A stretch of 64,000 bases of DNA from an uncultured virus (IMG/VR IMGVR_UViG_3300037840_000096) (IMGVR_UViG_3300037840_000096); one strand, 5' to 3'. Counted from the stretch's first letter, positions 50,595 to 61,798 are shown. Made by a program: numbers and translations. Notes: generated from the sequence alone by a model not told the origin.

Positions 50595-50807
50595 ATGACG
50601 ACACGAGCAGAACACATTCGGTGGTGCAAGAAGAGAGCCCTGGAGTACCTGCCAGGTCAACCTCGCGGAGCTATAAACTCCATGCTGTCCGATCTGGGAA
50701 AGCATGAAGACACGGTAGGCATGCAGCGACTCGCCTTTCTCCTCTCGATGGCAATTGAGATGACGCCGGAAGCAGTGCGTAAGTGGGTTGAAGGGTTCAC
50801 AGAGTAG
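50595..50807 (+). CDS. Hypothetical protein
   Basis: MTTRAEHIRWCKKRALEYL; GGAG RBS. Confidence 0.55.
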   Translation: MTTRAEHIRWCKKRALEYLPGQPRGAINSMLSDLGKHEDTVGMQRLAFLLSMAIEMTPEAVRKWVEGFTE

Positions 50808-50823
50808 CAGGAGCAAAGTCACT

Positions 50824-51354
50824 ATGCGAATGCACGTTCGATGGATGATCCGCCGGGACATGGAGGAAGTTCTGGCGATAGAAAATACCCTGACAGAGGT
50901 TCCTCCCTGGGAAGAGGAAGACTTCCTTCGGCTTCTCCGGCAGCGGAACTGCATCGGGATGGCGGTGGAGGACACCAGCCTGGAGATTCCAGACCCTCTT
51001 GGCCCTGCCCATCCCGTAGTAGGATTCATGATCTACGGCCTGCACAAGTTCAAACTGGACCTCCTGCGGTTGGCTGTGCATCCCTCCTGGCGAAGGCAGG
51101 GAGTGGCCCGGAAGATGATGGAAGTCCTCTCCTCCAAGCTGTCCAGCCATCGGCGTTCAGTCATCTCCTGTATTCTTCAGGAGAGCAACCTCCAGATGCA
51201 GATGTTTTTCAAGCATCTGGGCTGGACGTGCAGCAAGATTCACAAGGATCACTTCGGTCCTGGTGAGCATGGGTACTACTTCTTCAAACGGTTCTTCCCG
51301 GTGAGTGAGGAAGAACTGGACTACCTGGAATCGCAAAGGAAAGAAAATGCCTGA
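50824..51354 (+). CDS. RimI-like GNAT N-acetyltransferase
   Basis: HVRWMIRRDM.EVL.IE, LRQRNCIGM, VVGFMIY, AVHP.WRRQGVAR, ESNL. Confidence 0.8.
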   Translation: MRMHVRWMIRRDMEEVLAIENTLTEVPPWEEEDFLRLLRQRNCIGMAVEDTSLEIPDPLGPAHPVVGFMIYGLHKFKLDLLRLAVHPSWRRQGVARKMMEVLSSKLSSHRRSVISCILQESNLQMQMFFKHLGWTCSKIHKDHFGPGEHGYYFFKRFFPVSEEELDYLESQRKENA

Positions 51355-51645
51355 AATTCAGGGCATCACCGTGAACGCGGCCTACAACCACGACTACGCC
51401 CTCACGCTCACGGTAATCCCGTGGCAGAGCGAGTACGCTGCTAGTGTCTCCAAGGAGAACTACCACTCCGTAGGAGACAAGATCGCCACAGAGTTCTGGG
51501 AACACCTCCCAGCGGAGGTCGTAGACGCCTTCATGCTCTACATCCTGGTCCAGGAGGATGGGTTCTGTGATCCTGATATTCACCCCGAGAAGAAGAAAGC
51601 CTTCGCCACTCTGATCTGGATGTACAAAAGGAGGATGGGGAAGAC

Positions 51646-51972
51646 ATGATAACGAAAGAGGACGCCATCGCCGGGGGAGAGTTCTACCACGTCACCCTGC
51701 GAAACGCCGATGGATCTGCCCTACGTTGCCGGTCCAACGGCAAATGCAAAACCTGGAAACGCAATCCAGAACGCTTCCGCCTGCCTGTCAAGTACGGTTG
51801 TCGGGCATACCTCTACATCACCTCCGAGAATGCCAAGGATTGGCTTTTGGAAGATCCCACTGCGTGGAAAAGGACCCGCAAGCGGGTCATAAAACAGCAC
51901 AAACTGGCCGAAGATATCCCGGATGGTATCCTCCGGGACTTCATGCAAGACAAGGGGATTACATGCCCGTGA
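51646..51972 (+). CDS. Hypothetical protein
   Basis: R.NGKCKTWKRNPERFRLPVKYG. Confidence 0.55.
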   Translation: MITKEDAIAGGEFYHVTLRNADGSALRCRSNGKCKTWKRNPERFRLPVKYGCRAYLYITSENAKDWLLEDPTAWKRTRKRVIKQHKLAEDIPDGILRDFMQDKGITCP

Positions 51973-52829
51973 AGATGTACCTACCCGACACCACCGTTCA
52001 AGCAGTGGTCTTCCTGGAACCCGAAAACAAGCAAAGTCTCTATGTCGTGGGCCGGGACGGCATGGACTTTTTCGAGTTCATGAACTGCTATGGCTCCGTG
52101 GCCAAACATGCCACGGGAGTCAACCTGGACGGCAGCGAGGAGAGGTTCTTCCTGGTCTGGGTGGCTGATTGCATGGATCCTCCCCTGGCTGTGGTGAGGG
52201 CAGACGATGCCTCTGATGCCCAGGAGTGGTTCGTGGAGGAACTGACCTGGGCTGATATCTCTGAGATGGATCTGGAGGACTACTACGGTGAGGATGGGGA
52301 GTTGTCGGAGTTTTGCTACTGGACAGGCAGGGGCAAATGGGCGAACACAGAGCAAATCGAGATGAGGGAGATTCATCTCCTGAGAGTGGAGGTAAGGTGA
52401 TGTTACTTGGGATCTTCAACTACGGCCAGCAGAAGACACCCACCCCTGACACTTTGGGAGTGGATCTGGGCTGGATTCGAGTGTACTACTCCTATACCAC
52501 AGTGGTAGCTATCAAGATTTGTGCCCCTGTCGGGTTCAAAAACAGACTCCTGATTTCCCAGAACATCTGGAGCAGGACCACAGGCAAGCACATAAACTGG
52601 ATCAAGGAACACAACGATATGGGATCTTCTGTAATCCATACCGTACCCAACGACCAGTTTGAGTCGATCTGTGCTCTCGTCTCGAACCTTATTCCCTACC
52701 CCAACTCGGACACCCGGATCGAGATTCTGGCCCTGATGGGAGATCCAGAAGCCCAGGAAATTATGAACAAGGGTTGACAACTCCACAGGCTCCTGATACT
52801 CTAGGAGCAGAAAGGCAAAGGAGCGACAG

Positions 52830-53906
52830 GTGGCGACTACGAACAAAGAAAAGACCCAACTCTGCCGATTCCAATATGCAGATGAGTGGATCACTTGCAA
52901 AGGTAAGACCTGCACTCTGGAGATCAACGTCTCCTGCATCCCGCAGAATTGGGATTTGTTTACCCAGGACGAGAAGACCTTCCTCGACTGGCTCACAGAC
53001 CACAACCAGATGCCCTCTCCTTTCGAGAGGGAGTTAACTTCTTCCCAGATGAGGAAGTTTCAAGAACTGGCTGCACGGTGTCAAGAGGAAATCCACGCGG
53101 ATGATCCTCTTGAGGAGAAGCCAGAAACTCCTCCGAAGGCAGCCAAAGTCCCTATGGACCCGAGGCCGGCCAGTGAGAACGGCTCCCTGAACCAGCATAT
53201 TGTTGCCCACGAAACCCGAAAGAGTGTGGTGGGCAACGTCCAGCAGAGGTTGGAGGGAGCCCAGAAGGTCATCGACAAGGTATCCACGGAAGCCTACTGG
53301 CTTGTGTGGTACTACATTCCAATCCAACTGGACCCAGAGGGTCTTAACCCGTCCAGAACCTTCCGACGACTTGGGTTCCGGTTCGATGGGTCCTGTTGGA
53401 TCATGCCCGAATCCAGCCTGAATTCCCCAGCGTTCAAGGAAGTGCTGGCGATGTGGGACGAATGGAAGGCTCCCACAGACGGCCGTCCTGGGATGGACTA
53501 CTGCTACATCAAACAGGATTCCGCCTACCAGAACATGCTTCGGGACAGGGCTTTGCTCTACCTGGAACGCACGGTGATGGATGCCCACACGTCCCTCATC
53601 ACCAGCATAGACTCTGCCAGCAAGAGCTACGACACGGCTATGAAGCTGGCAGAGGAAGCCGGAGACAACCTGCGGTCCAGGGAGGGGAAGAAGAAAGTGG
53701 ACAAGCTCCTCTCCCGCAGAATCTCCCATGTGAAGGGAGCCCTGAAGGAAGTCCGGGAGAAGCTGACAGCAGCGATAGAGTGTGCTGTTCTCTTCGACCA
53801 GAGCATGGCCATTCAGGACTTGCTGCGTGGACTCCGAGAGGTGATTGCCTCTGGGGATCAGGGTCTGAAAGTCCTCCAGGAAGCACGGGAACTCCACAAC
53901 GGGTGA
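52830..53906 (+). CDS. Hypothetical protein
   Basis: 358 aa; AAGGAG RBS. Confidence 0.6.
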   Translation: MATTNKEKTQLCRFQYADEWITCKGKTCTLEINVSCIPQNWDLFTQDEKTFLDWLTDHNQMPSPFERELTSSQMRKFQELAARCQEEIHADDPLEEKPETPPKAAKVPMDPRPASENGSLNQHIVAHETRKSVVGNVQQRLEGAQKVIDKVSTEAYWLVWYYIPIQLDPEGLNPSRTFRRLGFRFDGSCWIMPESSLNSPAFKEVLAMWDEWKAPTDGRPGMDYCYIKQDSAYQNMLRDRALLYLERTVMDAHTSLITSIDSASKSYDTAMKLAEEAGDNLRSREGKKKVDKLLSRRISHVKGALKEVREKLTAAIECAVLFDQSMAIQDLLRGLREVIASGDQGLKVLQEARELHNG

Positions 53907-53909
53907 TTT

Positions 53910-54356
53910 GTGTCTGAGCAAGAGGCCATCCTGGGTGTACAGGGCATGCTGCATTCACTTGCAGCATCGTTCTCCCGCACCTATGGCCTGGATGCTCAGG
54001 AGTTGTTCCAGGAGGTTCAGATTCCTGCCCTCCTCGCCATCCGAAAGTGGCAGGAGGGTAAGGGGACGAAGCTCTCCACCTACGTCTACCTCTGCGTGAA
54101 GAGGTGGTTGATATCCAAAGGCAGGCGAAAACAACACAAGATGGAGCAGATTCCCATAGGGACTTTGCCTGCCCGGAGCTTCTCCCTGCGTAGGTTGTTC
54201 ACGGATCTAAACACTGATCTTGCCAAGATTGCTGTGAGGCTTGCCCTGGCCGGGCTGTCGCAGCGGGAGATCATAAAAAGCCTCCAGGAGGACTTTGCTC
54301 TGGAGGTAGAGGAAATCGGCCAGGTGTTCCGAGAAGTAAGAGAGGCTCTATCATGA
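53910..54356 (+). CDS. Sigma-70-like factor (compact)
   Basis: ELFQE...ALLAIRKW...KG.KLSTY (region 2-like); C-terminal GLSQREI. Confidence 0.6.
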   Translation: MSEQEAILGVQGMLHSLAASFSRTYGLDAQELFQEVQIPALLAIRKWQEGKGTKLSTYVYLCVKRWLISKGRRKQHKMEQIPIGTLPARSFSLRRLFTDLNTDLAKIAVRLALAGLSQREIIKSLQEDFALEVEEIGQVFREVREALS

Positions 54357-54588
54357 ATCTGTACATGGTCACTGTTTCGGGTTTTCCAAAGGTGTTCGTC
54401 CGGGCGACCAGTTCCGAAGAGGCCCTGAAGCTGTACAAACGAGGACTTACCCCAAACTTCATCAGAGACTCCTTCCAGGTGGTGCAACTCACCACTCTCC
54501 AGGAGTTCCTGGATCAGATCCCGCCGGGCCTCTCCGATGAGTTCATGCTTACCCAAGCAGAGTTCTGAGAAGAGAGAAAGGTTTCATC

Positions 54589-55107
54589 ATGAGTAATCCC
54601 CGCACGTTGACCTTCCAGGTCAAGTTCCAGGTTCTGGAATGGGTTCGAGACAAGACTGAATGGATTCTGGAGAAGAAGCCTACCATGCAGGAGTTGGCAG
54701 ATCACATCTCCAAGGAATTAAATGTGAGGCCATTCTCTGCCCGAGTCATGGGGGAGATTTGCCATACCATCGGTCTTTCCTGGGAATCCACTGCTCCAGG
54801 TGCTGCTACCAATGCGAGAACATTAGCAGCTACCCGACATCTGGAGGAGAAACTGCGAAAGCAAGAGGAGGAGTTGGAGCAGTTCCGCAAGCAGGCAGCG
54901 GCTACGGATGCTATCTACAGCGAGTTTCAGAGCCAAGTGGATGCCTCCCTGGCCCGGATGAGTGCAGATATCGCCACCCTGCGAGGGCTGGTTCACGAGT
55001 TGTACCGGCATACCAAAGCCATCCCGATTCCTGGGTACGAGATCCCGGCCCGTAACTACGATCACCGAGCTACCCGAGTGATCCCAGATGGGAACAACAA
55101 GCCATGA
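54589..55107 (+). CDS. Hypothetical HTH/coiled-coil protein
   Basis: PTMQELADHISKEL followed by a coiled coil. Confidence 0.5.
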   Translation: MSNPRTLTFQVKFQVLEWVRDKTEWILEKKPTMQELADHISKELNVRPFSARVMGEICHTIGLSWESTAPGAATNARTLAATRHLEEKLRKQEEELEQFRKQAAATDAIYSEFQSQVDASLARMSADIATLRGLVHELYRHTKAIPIPGYEIPARNYDHRATRVIPDGNNKP

Positions 55108-55275
55108 TCCGAAAAGCAAGAAAGCAATACACTCCCACTCCTGAAGAAGAGGAGTTGTGGAAAGCACGCTGGCAGGGATACGAGGGCTGGCCCTGCCCTA
55201 GATGTGGGCAGAGAACAACTATATCTAGCGGCAGGGTCTGGAAATGCGACAACTGCGAAGTAGTGGGGGTTTGCC

Positions 55276-56661
55276 ATGACCAAACTCAAACCCTTCCAGA
55301 GGGAGGATGTGGACAGGATTCACTCTCTGGAGGGGCGAGTCCTGCTGGCTAACGAGTTAGGTCTGGGTAAGACTTTGGAGGCCCTTACCTGGCTGGTGGA
55401 GAGCAAGGCTTTCCCCGCATTGGTAGTTTGCCCTGCTTTCCTGAAGCCTCACTGGAAAAGAGAAGCCTGGAGGCACTGTAGGCTGCGATCCACCGTTCTC
55501 TCCACCACCAGAGCTAATATGAAAGCCCTGCATGGTGAGGGGCTGTTCATCGTGAACTACGAGATCCTGCAATACTGGCGAAAGAGGCTACAAAAGAAGG
55601 GGTTCCAGACCCTCATCGCTGATGAGATCCACTATGTAGGGGCTATCAAGGCCAGGAGAACAAAGTCTCTAACTCTCCTGGCCCGAGAAGTTCCCTACTT
55701 CCTTGGCCTGTCTGGAACGCCTCTCACAAACAGACCCTGGGAGTTGTTTCCCATCCTGCGTATTCTCCACCCAGAGAAATACGACTCGCCTCTTGCTTTC
55801 GGATTTGAGTTTTGTGAGCCATCTCGCGTATTCGGTAGATGGGAGTTTCGTGGGGCTAGAAACCTGGAGGGGCTGCACGAACAGTTGTTGGAATTCATGA
55901 TTCGACGAAGGAAGGTGGATGTTCTGGATCAGTTGCCTACCATGCGGAGGTTCGTGATTCCTCTGGAGATAGAGAGGAGAGAGGAATATGACGAAGCCCA
56001 CGCGGATGTGGTAAAGTGGCTAGCCAAGACCGACAAGGCAGCAGCACTCAGGGCCAAGCGTGCAGAGGGCCTTGCCAGGTTCTCTTACCTGAAACAACTG
56101 GCAGCGAAACTCAAACTCAAGAACTTTCTGGCCTGGTTGGATTCCCACCTGGAGGAAGCAGAGGGGAAAGTGCTAGTGGGAGTGATTCACCACTCTACAC
56201 GGGAAGCCATCCTGGAGCATTACAGCAAAGTCCCTATGAGGTCCTCGGCAACGCCGGGGCTTTCTGTCACCATCCACGGCAAACAATCCCAGGTGAAGAA
56301 GGACAGAGCGGAGACTGCCTTCAGAACCGATCCCAGGGTTCGTTTGCTGGTGGGGCAGATGAAAGCCTGCGGAGTAGGATTGAATCTCCCAGAGGCAAGT
56401 AGCGTGGTTCACTGTGAACTACCCTGGGCTCCAGGTACGGTGAGGCAGTTTGCCGGCAGGGCTCACCGTATGACTTCTACAGGGCAAGTGGATGAGTTCT
56501 TCCTGATTGCTCAGGGGACTGTAGAAAAAGATATCTGCCGAATCCTGGAGAAGAAGTCCAAGACCCTGGATAGGGTTCTAGATGGTGTAGTAGAGAGCGA
56601 CGAAAGCCTGACAGTGTACGACGAGTTGTGTCAGGCTCTGAAGGAAAGGAACAGAAGGTAA
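55276..56661 (+). CDS. SNF2-family helicase
   Basis: ELGLGKT, DEIH, LSGTP..N, GVGLNL, GRAHR. Confidence 0.9.
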   Translation: MTKLKPFQREDVDRIHSLEGRVLLANELGLGKTLEALTWLVESKAFPALVVCPAFLKPHWKREAWRHCRLRSTVLSTTRANMKALHGEGLFIVNYEILQYWRKRLQKKGFQTLIADEIHYVGAIKARRTKSLTLLAREVPYFLGLSGTPLTNRPWELFPILRILHPEKYDSPLAFGFEFCEPSRVFGRWEFRGARNLEGLHEQLLEFMIRRRKVDVLDQLPTMRRFVIPLEIERREEYDEAHADVVKWLAKTDKAAALRAKRAEGLARFSYLKQLAAKLKLKNFLAWLDSHLEEAEGKVLVGVIHHSTREAILEHYSKVPMRSSATPGLSVTIHGKQSQVKKDRAETAFRTDPRVRLLVGQMKACGVGLNLPEASSVVHCELPWAPGTVRQFAGRAHRMTSTGQVDEFFLIAQGTVEKDICRILEKKSKTLDRVLDGVVESDESLTVYDELCQALKERNRR

Positions 56662-57162
56662 TGAGTAGAAAAACCGCGGAAATCAGACAAGTGATAGAAG
56701 AGACTCTGAAGTGCCCAGATTGCAGAAAGGGCCTGGAGCACGTCCTTCTCAGATTGGAGGCTCATGGGGCTAAGGTCCCCCGGCCAGCAGTCCTTCTGGA
56801 TCTGGGCTGTGCTATCTCCTCCTTTGCGGAGGCAGTCATAACCAACAAAGAGCCTGGTATGCGAGCCTCTCACGCAACAGTGCTCAAGGATATCTCCATA
56901 GGTATCTCTAACCTTCTCCATCTCTCGATCATAAAGGAGCAAAACGGTGTCCGAGAAACCCAAGCCCAAGAACAGAAACCAGAAGACCAACACCCACTGT
57001 AGCCAATACATCCAGAGGGTTCCCATAGACCTGAAGAGGAGCTTTGCTGCTGCCAACCATCTCCGGGGGCTCACAATCCGCAGGACCCTCCTGCGTCTCA
57101 TGAGACTATGGTTGGAAAACCCCAACATCCTCCCCTCTGAAGAAGGAGACGAGTAGAGTCCT

Positions 57163-58026
57163 ATGGAATTCACTGATCTGTTGGATGAGCATGGTGTGGC
57201 TTACCACGTTACAGGAGCCAAGTGTACCCAGGGATGGGTGAACTTCACCTGCCCGTGGTGCATGCGTGATCCCTACATGGGCTACAACATTCAGAACAGG
57301 TATGTTTCCTGCTGGAACTGTGGCTATCACCCTCTGGGAATGACTCTCCGGCTCCTTACTGGATTGTCACTTCCAGAGTGTTTTCGCCTAACAGCAGAGT
57401 TTCCCAGGCTGTTCCTGGGGCACAAACCCCACACCGGGAGGTACAAAGAGCCTCCGAATCTGGAGCCTTTGACTACCTCTGGTCTTCACAGAGACTATTT
57501 AGCAAACAGAGGGCTTTGGCCGGCAATCGTATCCAAAATGTGGGGAGTGAGGGCCATAGGGCCTTTGGGAGGCAGGATGAAGTGGAGACTCTGGATTCCC
57601 ATTCATCTGAGAGGAGAAATAGTCTCCTGGACAACCCGACACATCTCCCCGGAGAACCCTCTTCGCTACCTGAACGCTCCTGATGAGGAATCCTCCTACC
57701 CAGTGAGCGATCTCCTGTATGGAATTGACCATGCCAGGTGTGCCATCATCGTAGTGGAAGGCCCCGTGGATGTGTGGAAGATCGGGCCTGGAGCGGTAGC
57801 CACTTTGGGAACCAACGTAACCCCCACCCGGCTGCTCCAGATCGCCAGATTTCCCTACCGGGTGGTGTGTTTCGATAACGAACCGGATGCTCAGGTACGA
57901 GCAAAGTCTCTATGCAAAGAACTCTCCATGTACCCAGGGACCACGAAGAATGTAACCCTGGATTCCAAGGACCCAGGTTTCTGTACCCCACAGGAACTGG
58001 ACTCTCTCAGGAGGTTAATTTTGTGA
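57163..58026 (+). CDS. DNA primase (Zn finger plus TOPRIM)
   Basis: CPWC...CWNCG; IVVEGPVD; CFDNE. Confidence 0.85.
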   Translation: MEFTDLLDEHGVAYHVTGAKCTQGWVNFTCPWCMRDPYMGYNIQNRYVSCWNCGYHPLGMTLRLLTGLSLPECFRLTAEFPRLFLGHKPHTGRYKEPPNLEPLTTSGLHRDYLANRGLWPAIVSKMWGVRAIGPLGGRMKWRLWIPIHLRGEIVSWTTRHISPENPLRYLNAPDEESSYPVSDLLYGIDHARCAIIVVEGPVDVWKIGPGAVATLGTNVTPTRLLQIARFPYRVVCFDNEPDAQVRAKSLCKELSMYPGTTKNVTLDSKDPGFCTPQELDSLRRLIL

Positions 58027-58028
58027 TA

Positions 58029-58322
58029 ATGACAGATGGGCTGCCGGTCGGTGAGATCGTTAAAAAGCATCTCACAGAGAAATGCCTCTCTGTGAGGAAA
58101 GCAGCCAAAGAGTGCGATCTGTGCTGGCTTACAATTCAGAGGATGATAAAATCCTACGGGAGAAAGGTAACCCTAGAATCCTTTCTGAGGGTCTGTAAAG
58201 CCTTGAAGGTGCCAGCCAGTCAGATTTTGAAAGAAGCGGAGGAGTTACATGAAGCCAGAAGAGAAAACACTGGTGTCCAGCCTGCCGGTGGGGTTAGTTC
58301 TGAAACGAGCAAGGCTGTATAA
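58029..58322 (+). CDS. XRE-family HTH protein
   Basis: LSVRKAAKEC...TIQR...VCKALKV. Confidence 0.6.
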   Translation: MTDGLPVGEIVKKHLTEKCLSVRKAAKECDLCWLTIQRMIKSYGRKVTLESFLRVCKALKVPASQILKEAEELHEARRENTGVQPAGGVSSETSKAV

Positions 58323-58578
58323 GGGACTCTCCGCTCGAAACTGTGCCAGGAGAGCAAAGATTTGTCTTCATACCTGGTTACGGTTTGAAAACGGAACACG
58401 CGGGACAGGATCTGGTCCTGTAAGTATACAACTGTCCACTCTAATCATAGCGTGTCAATCGCTTGGGCTGTCTCCCGGTAAGGTACTTCTGGAGGCTGAA
58501 AGACTGAAAGCCACGGGAAGGCCCCTGGAAGACCCTGTAACGCCATTGCTGGCCGAAACGGAGCGTAGGTCCCTTTGA
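58249..58578 (+). CDS. XRE-family HTH protein
   Basis: LKRARLYKGLS....ARRA......RFENG. Confidence 0.65.
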   Translation: MKPEEKTLVSSLPVGLVLKRARLYKGLSARNCARRAKICLHTWLRFENGTRGTGSGPVSIQLSTLIIACQSLGLSPGKVLLEAERLKATGRPLEDPVTPLLAETERRSL

Positions 58579-58767
58579 GAGTTGGAGTGCCTTGGCGGGG
58601 CTGCCAGGGGCCTAGAAAAGGCTCCCGGTAAGACGGGGACCAAAGACAAACCGGCCAGGAGGTGAATCCCAGCCGGCTTGCCCGGAACAACAGAGTGGTG
58701 GTGCAGCGGAGGCAATGCCAATGTACACCATCTGCTCCTTCTGACACAAGATATACAGGAGTACACC

Positions 58768-59505
58768 ATGTCCTTTATGAAGGAAGAACCCAGAGATCCC
58801 AGGGCGGCGTACATAGCCCAAAGTCTCTATGCCAAACTCAGGGAGAAGAAAGTTCTGTACACGGGGGCTTCCCTCCGCTCCATGAGATCCTGCGTGTATG
58901 AGCTAGTGAAAAAACACGGTCTGGAGGAAGTGGAGAAAGCCCTGGAGTGGTATGGCAATCATCTGGGAGAGGAGTGGGTTCCGCATGCCTACTCTGGTAG
59001 CTCACTCCGGGTGAAGTTCGACCAGATCCACCAGGCCATGCAGAGGATAGCAGAAGAAGCTCCACCAGAGGAGATCAGCGAGGAAGCAAAAAGACTGGCT
59101 ACATGGGCCATGAAAAACTGGTCCTGGCCAGCAGCGATAGAGGCATCTCTGGAGACGGTGATCCAAAAGTCTCTGGAAAACTGGAGGTCTTTCTCCCAGA
59201 GAATAGAGACTTTGGTCAGGAAGCCCTATATGAAGGCCATGCTTCGGGAGGTTGATTTTATCACCCGAATTCAGGTCATGTACTCCCCCACGTTCCTCCA
59301 GCAATGGCTGGAACTCCTGCACGAGGCTTACGGATGGCAAAGTCATTATCTGGGAAGGATGAACAAGCTCGTGTTCCAACCGGGATCTGTACTATTCCGG
59401 GAACATATGTGGAGGGGATGGGCTCAGGTATGGACAGGATCAGCGACCGCATTCGACAGTCTGTTGAAGTCGCTGCTGATATCCTCCGGGGAGAAGCAAA
59501 CGTGA
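58768..59505 (+). CDS. Hypothetical replication-region protein
   Basis: EEVEKALEWY...S..SLR.KFDQI; AGGAG RBS. Confidence 0.5.
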   Translation: MSFMKEEPRDPRAAYIAQSLYAKLREKKVLYTGASLRSMRSCVYELVKKHGLEEVEKALEWYGNHLGEEWVPHAYSGSSLRVKFDQIHQAMQRIAEEAPPEEISEEAKRLATWAMKNWSWPAAIEASLETVIQKSLENWRSFSQRIETLVRKPYMKAMLREVDFITRIQVMYSPTFLQQWLELLHEAYGWQSHYLGRMNKLVFQPGSVLFREHMWRGWAQVWTGSATAFDSLLKSLLISSGEKQT

Positions 59506-60364
59506 AAGGAGAGTGGGAAGGCGTGATGCTGGTGGATCTCAAGCCAGGGGACATAGTGGAGTACCCGGAAGACGAACCCTGCGACACGTTTTCAGTTGTG
59601 AGTGTGGAACTTCGACCGTCAGAACTGGTTCGGATTCGGATGACAAGGTTGGACAACGGAGCAGAGCAGAGGATGTTTATGGCTGGAGGCCAGATAATCA
59701 GGAGAAAAGTTGTGAGTGAACTCACTCCCGCTGCTCTGGCAGCAACCGCGAAGATAATCCTGTCTGTTTTTCACGATAAAGACGACTGCCTAGGTGAGAT
59801 AGCCCACAGGACCATCGGCCTCCAGGTCATGGAGATTCTGACCCTGCTGGATATAGATGCACAACCCCACTTCGACCAAATCCTGGAGCACATGCTCTCC
59901 TACCTGGATAATAACTGCCAGGCTGGTTATTTGCGAGTTCTGCAAGATTTCCTCATGGAGGCGAATGTGGTCCCTCCCTATCTTGCTCTGGTTCTCATGG
60001 TCTGTACAACCCTGGGCCGGTGCAGGCAGTGGGTTCAGAACACCATGAAGAGCCAGCCCAATCATCAAGCACAGCAAGTCTCCAGTTCCCTGAACAAATT
60101 GGAGAAGTGCATGCGGGTCATGCGGTTTGGGGTGCTGGAGGGAAGTAGAGGGGGAAATCATGAGTGAATCACGTTGGGTACATCTGAATGTAGAAAGAGT
60201 CCAGGCAGCTACAGAAAAAGCTGCCTTGTGCTTCCTGGAGGATCGTGAAGAGGAAGTCTGGATTCCTTTCTCCCAGATGGAAGATCCAGACAACGTGTCG
60301 GTGGGGGATAAGAACTGCACTATCTCGGTCACCAGATGGTGGGCTGAGAAGCAAGGGATAGAAG

Positions 60365-61798
60365 ATGAAGGTTGAGGAGTTCGACGGAGCCAGAGAGCAG
60401 GAAGCTCTGTTTCTCTGCGTGAAGGTAACAGAGTTTCTCTCCAGGGTCGCGGGAAGGATTGGCAAAGATCCCTGGAGAGCGAAATCCTCTAATCTGATTT
60501 GGAAATGGAGTGAGGAGTATTTCGCCAGGTACAAGCAGGCCCCTGATAGAGAGATCATGGCTCCTTTTCAGGAATGGGCCAGAAAATCAGGAAAAGACGA
60601 AGCTAGCCACAAGAACATAGACCGGCTTCTCTCCTGGATTCTTGACAGAGAAGTAGCAAAGTCCCTATCCCTGGCTCATGCCCTAGATAGGGCTCAGGAG
60701 CATCTGAATGACGTGCGGCTGGGAAGGCATCTGGAGGAACTTACGAGGTTTCGAGAGCAAGGACAGGTAAGGGAAGCCCTAGTTTGTGTGCAGAGTTTCG
60801 TGAAGCTGGATCTGGAATCAGCACCCTATGTGGACGTGCTGCGGGATCTGGCAGCACATAAAGAGGCCCTGGAAGCGTCTCAGAGGGTTCTGGTGGAGAT
60901 GCCGGGAGCAGCGGGAGAGTTCTTTGGCAACGAGCTATCTGAGAACGCCTTCGTGGCTTTTATGGCTGCTGCCAAAGGTGGAAAGTCTTACGCCCTCCTG
61001 GACATTGCCTGGCGGGCCTTTCGGCAGGGCAGGAAAGTGGCCTACTTCCAAGTAGGTGACCTTTCGCGGGATCAGATAATTCGCAGGTTCCAGCGTAGAA
61101 TCGTATACCGAAAGCTGGAACCTGGGATTTTCCAGAAACCAGTACGCATTACCGTTCCCAGCGAATCTCGTGGGCTGGCTGTCGTGGAGTATGAGCAGAA
61201 GGAGTTCACGAGAGAGGTGTCCTTCGCGAAACTTAACAAAGCCATAGAGACTTTGGCCGGCTCCCGGCCTGATCCTGATTCGGGTGGGGAGTTACGGCTT
61301 TCTTACCATCCGATCAAAACTGTGTCTACGGTAGACATAAAAAACATTCTGGATTCCTGGGACCAAAGTGGTTTCCAGAGCCAGGTGATTTGCGTAGACT
61401 ATGCTGGCAACCTTGCCCACTCTGGTGCCAGCAGGGATTTCGACAACATCTCCCAGACCGCTCATACCTGGGCCATGTTGCGGCAGTTGTCAGAGGTGCG
61501 GAAGTGTTTGGTGGTTACGGCCAACCAGACCAACAAGGAAGGGTTCACTTCCTGGGTGCTAACCCGAAAGAACTTTGCAGATTCCAAGATGATTCTTGCA
61601 CACTGCACCGCTTTCCTTGGCGTGAACATGACAGATGAGGAGAAGCAGAGAGGCATCCTGCGATATAACTTCGTCGTAAGACGAGAGGATGCCTACAGTG
61701 AGTCGTTCTGTTTGTATGCGGGGAGCTATCTGGCGGCTGCTGACCCGCTTGCAGTTACAACCTTGCCGCCGAAAGGGTTCCCAGCAAAGCTGGGATGA
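60365..61798 (+). CDS. DnaB-like replicative helicase
   Basis: Walker A AAAKGGKS, ICVDY, VTANQTN. Confidence 0.8.
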   Translation: MKVEEFDGAREQEALFLCVKVTEFLSRVAGRIGKDPWRAKSSNLIWKWSEEYFARYKQAPDREIMAPFQEWARKSGKDEASHKNIDRLLSWILDREVAKSLSLAHALDRAQEHLNDVRLGRHLEELTRFREQGQVREALVCVQSFVKLDLESAPYVDVLRDLAAHKEALEASQRVLVEMPGAAGEFFGNELSENAFVAFMAAAKGGKSYALLDIAWRAFRQGRKVAYFQVGDLSRDQIIRRFQRRIVYRKLEPGIFQKPVRITVPSESRGLAVVEYEQKEFTREVSFAKLNKAIETLAGSRPDPDSGGELRLSYHPIKTVSTVDIKNILDSWDQSGFQSQVICVDYAGNLAHSGASRDFDNISQTAHTWAMLRQLSEVRKCLVVTANQTNKEGFTSWVLTRKNFADSKMILAHCTAFLGVNMTDEEKQRGILRYNFVVRREDAYSESFCLYAGSYLAAADPLAVTTLPPKGFPAKLG

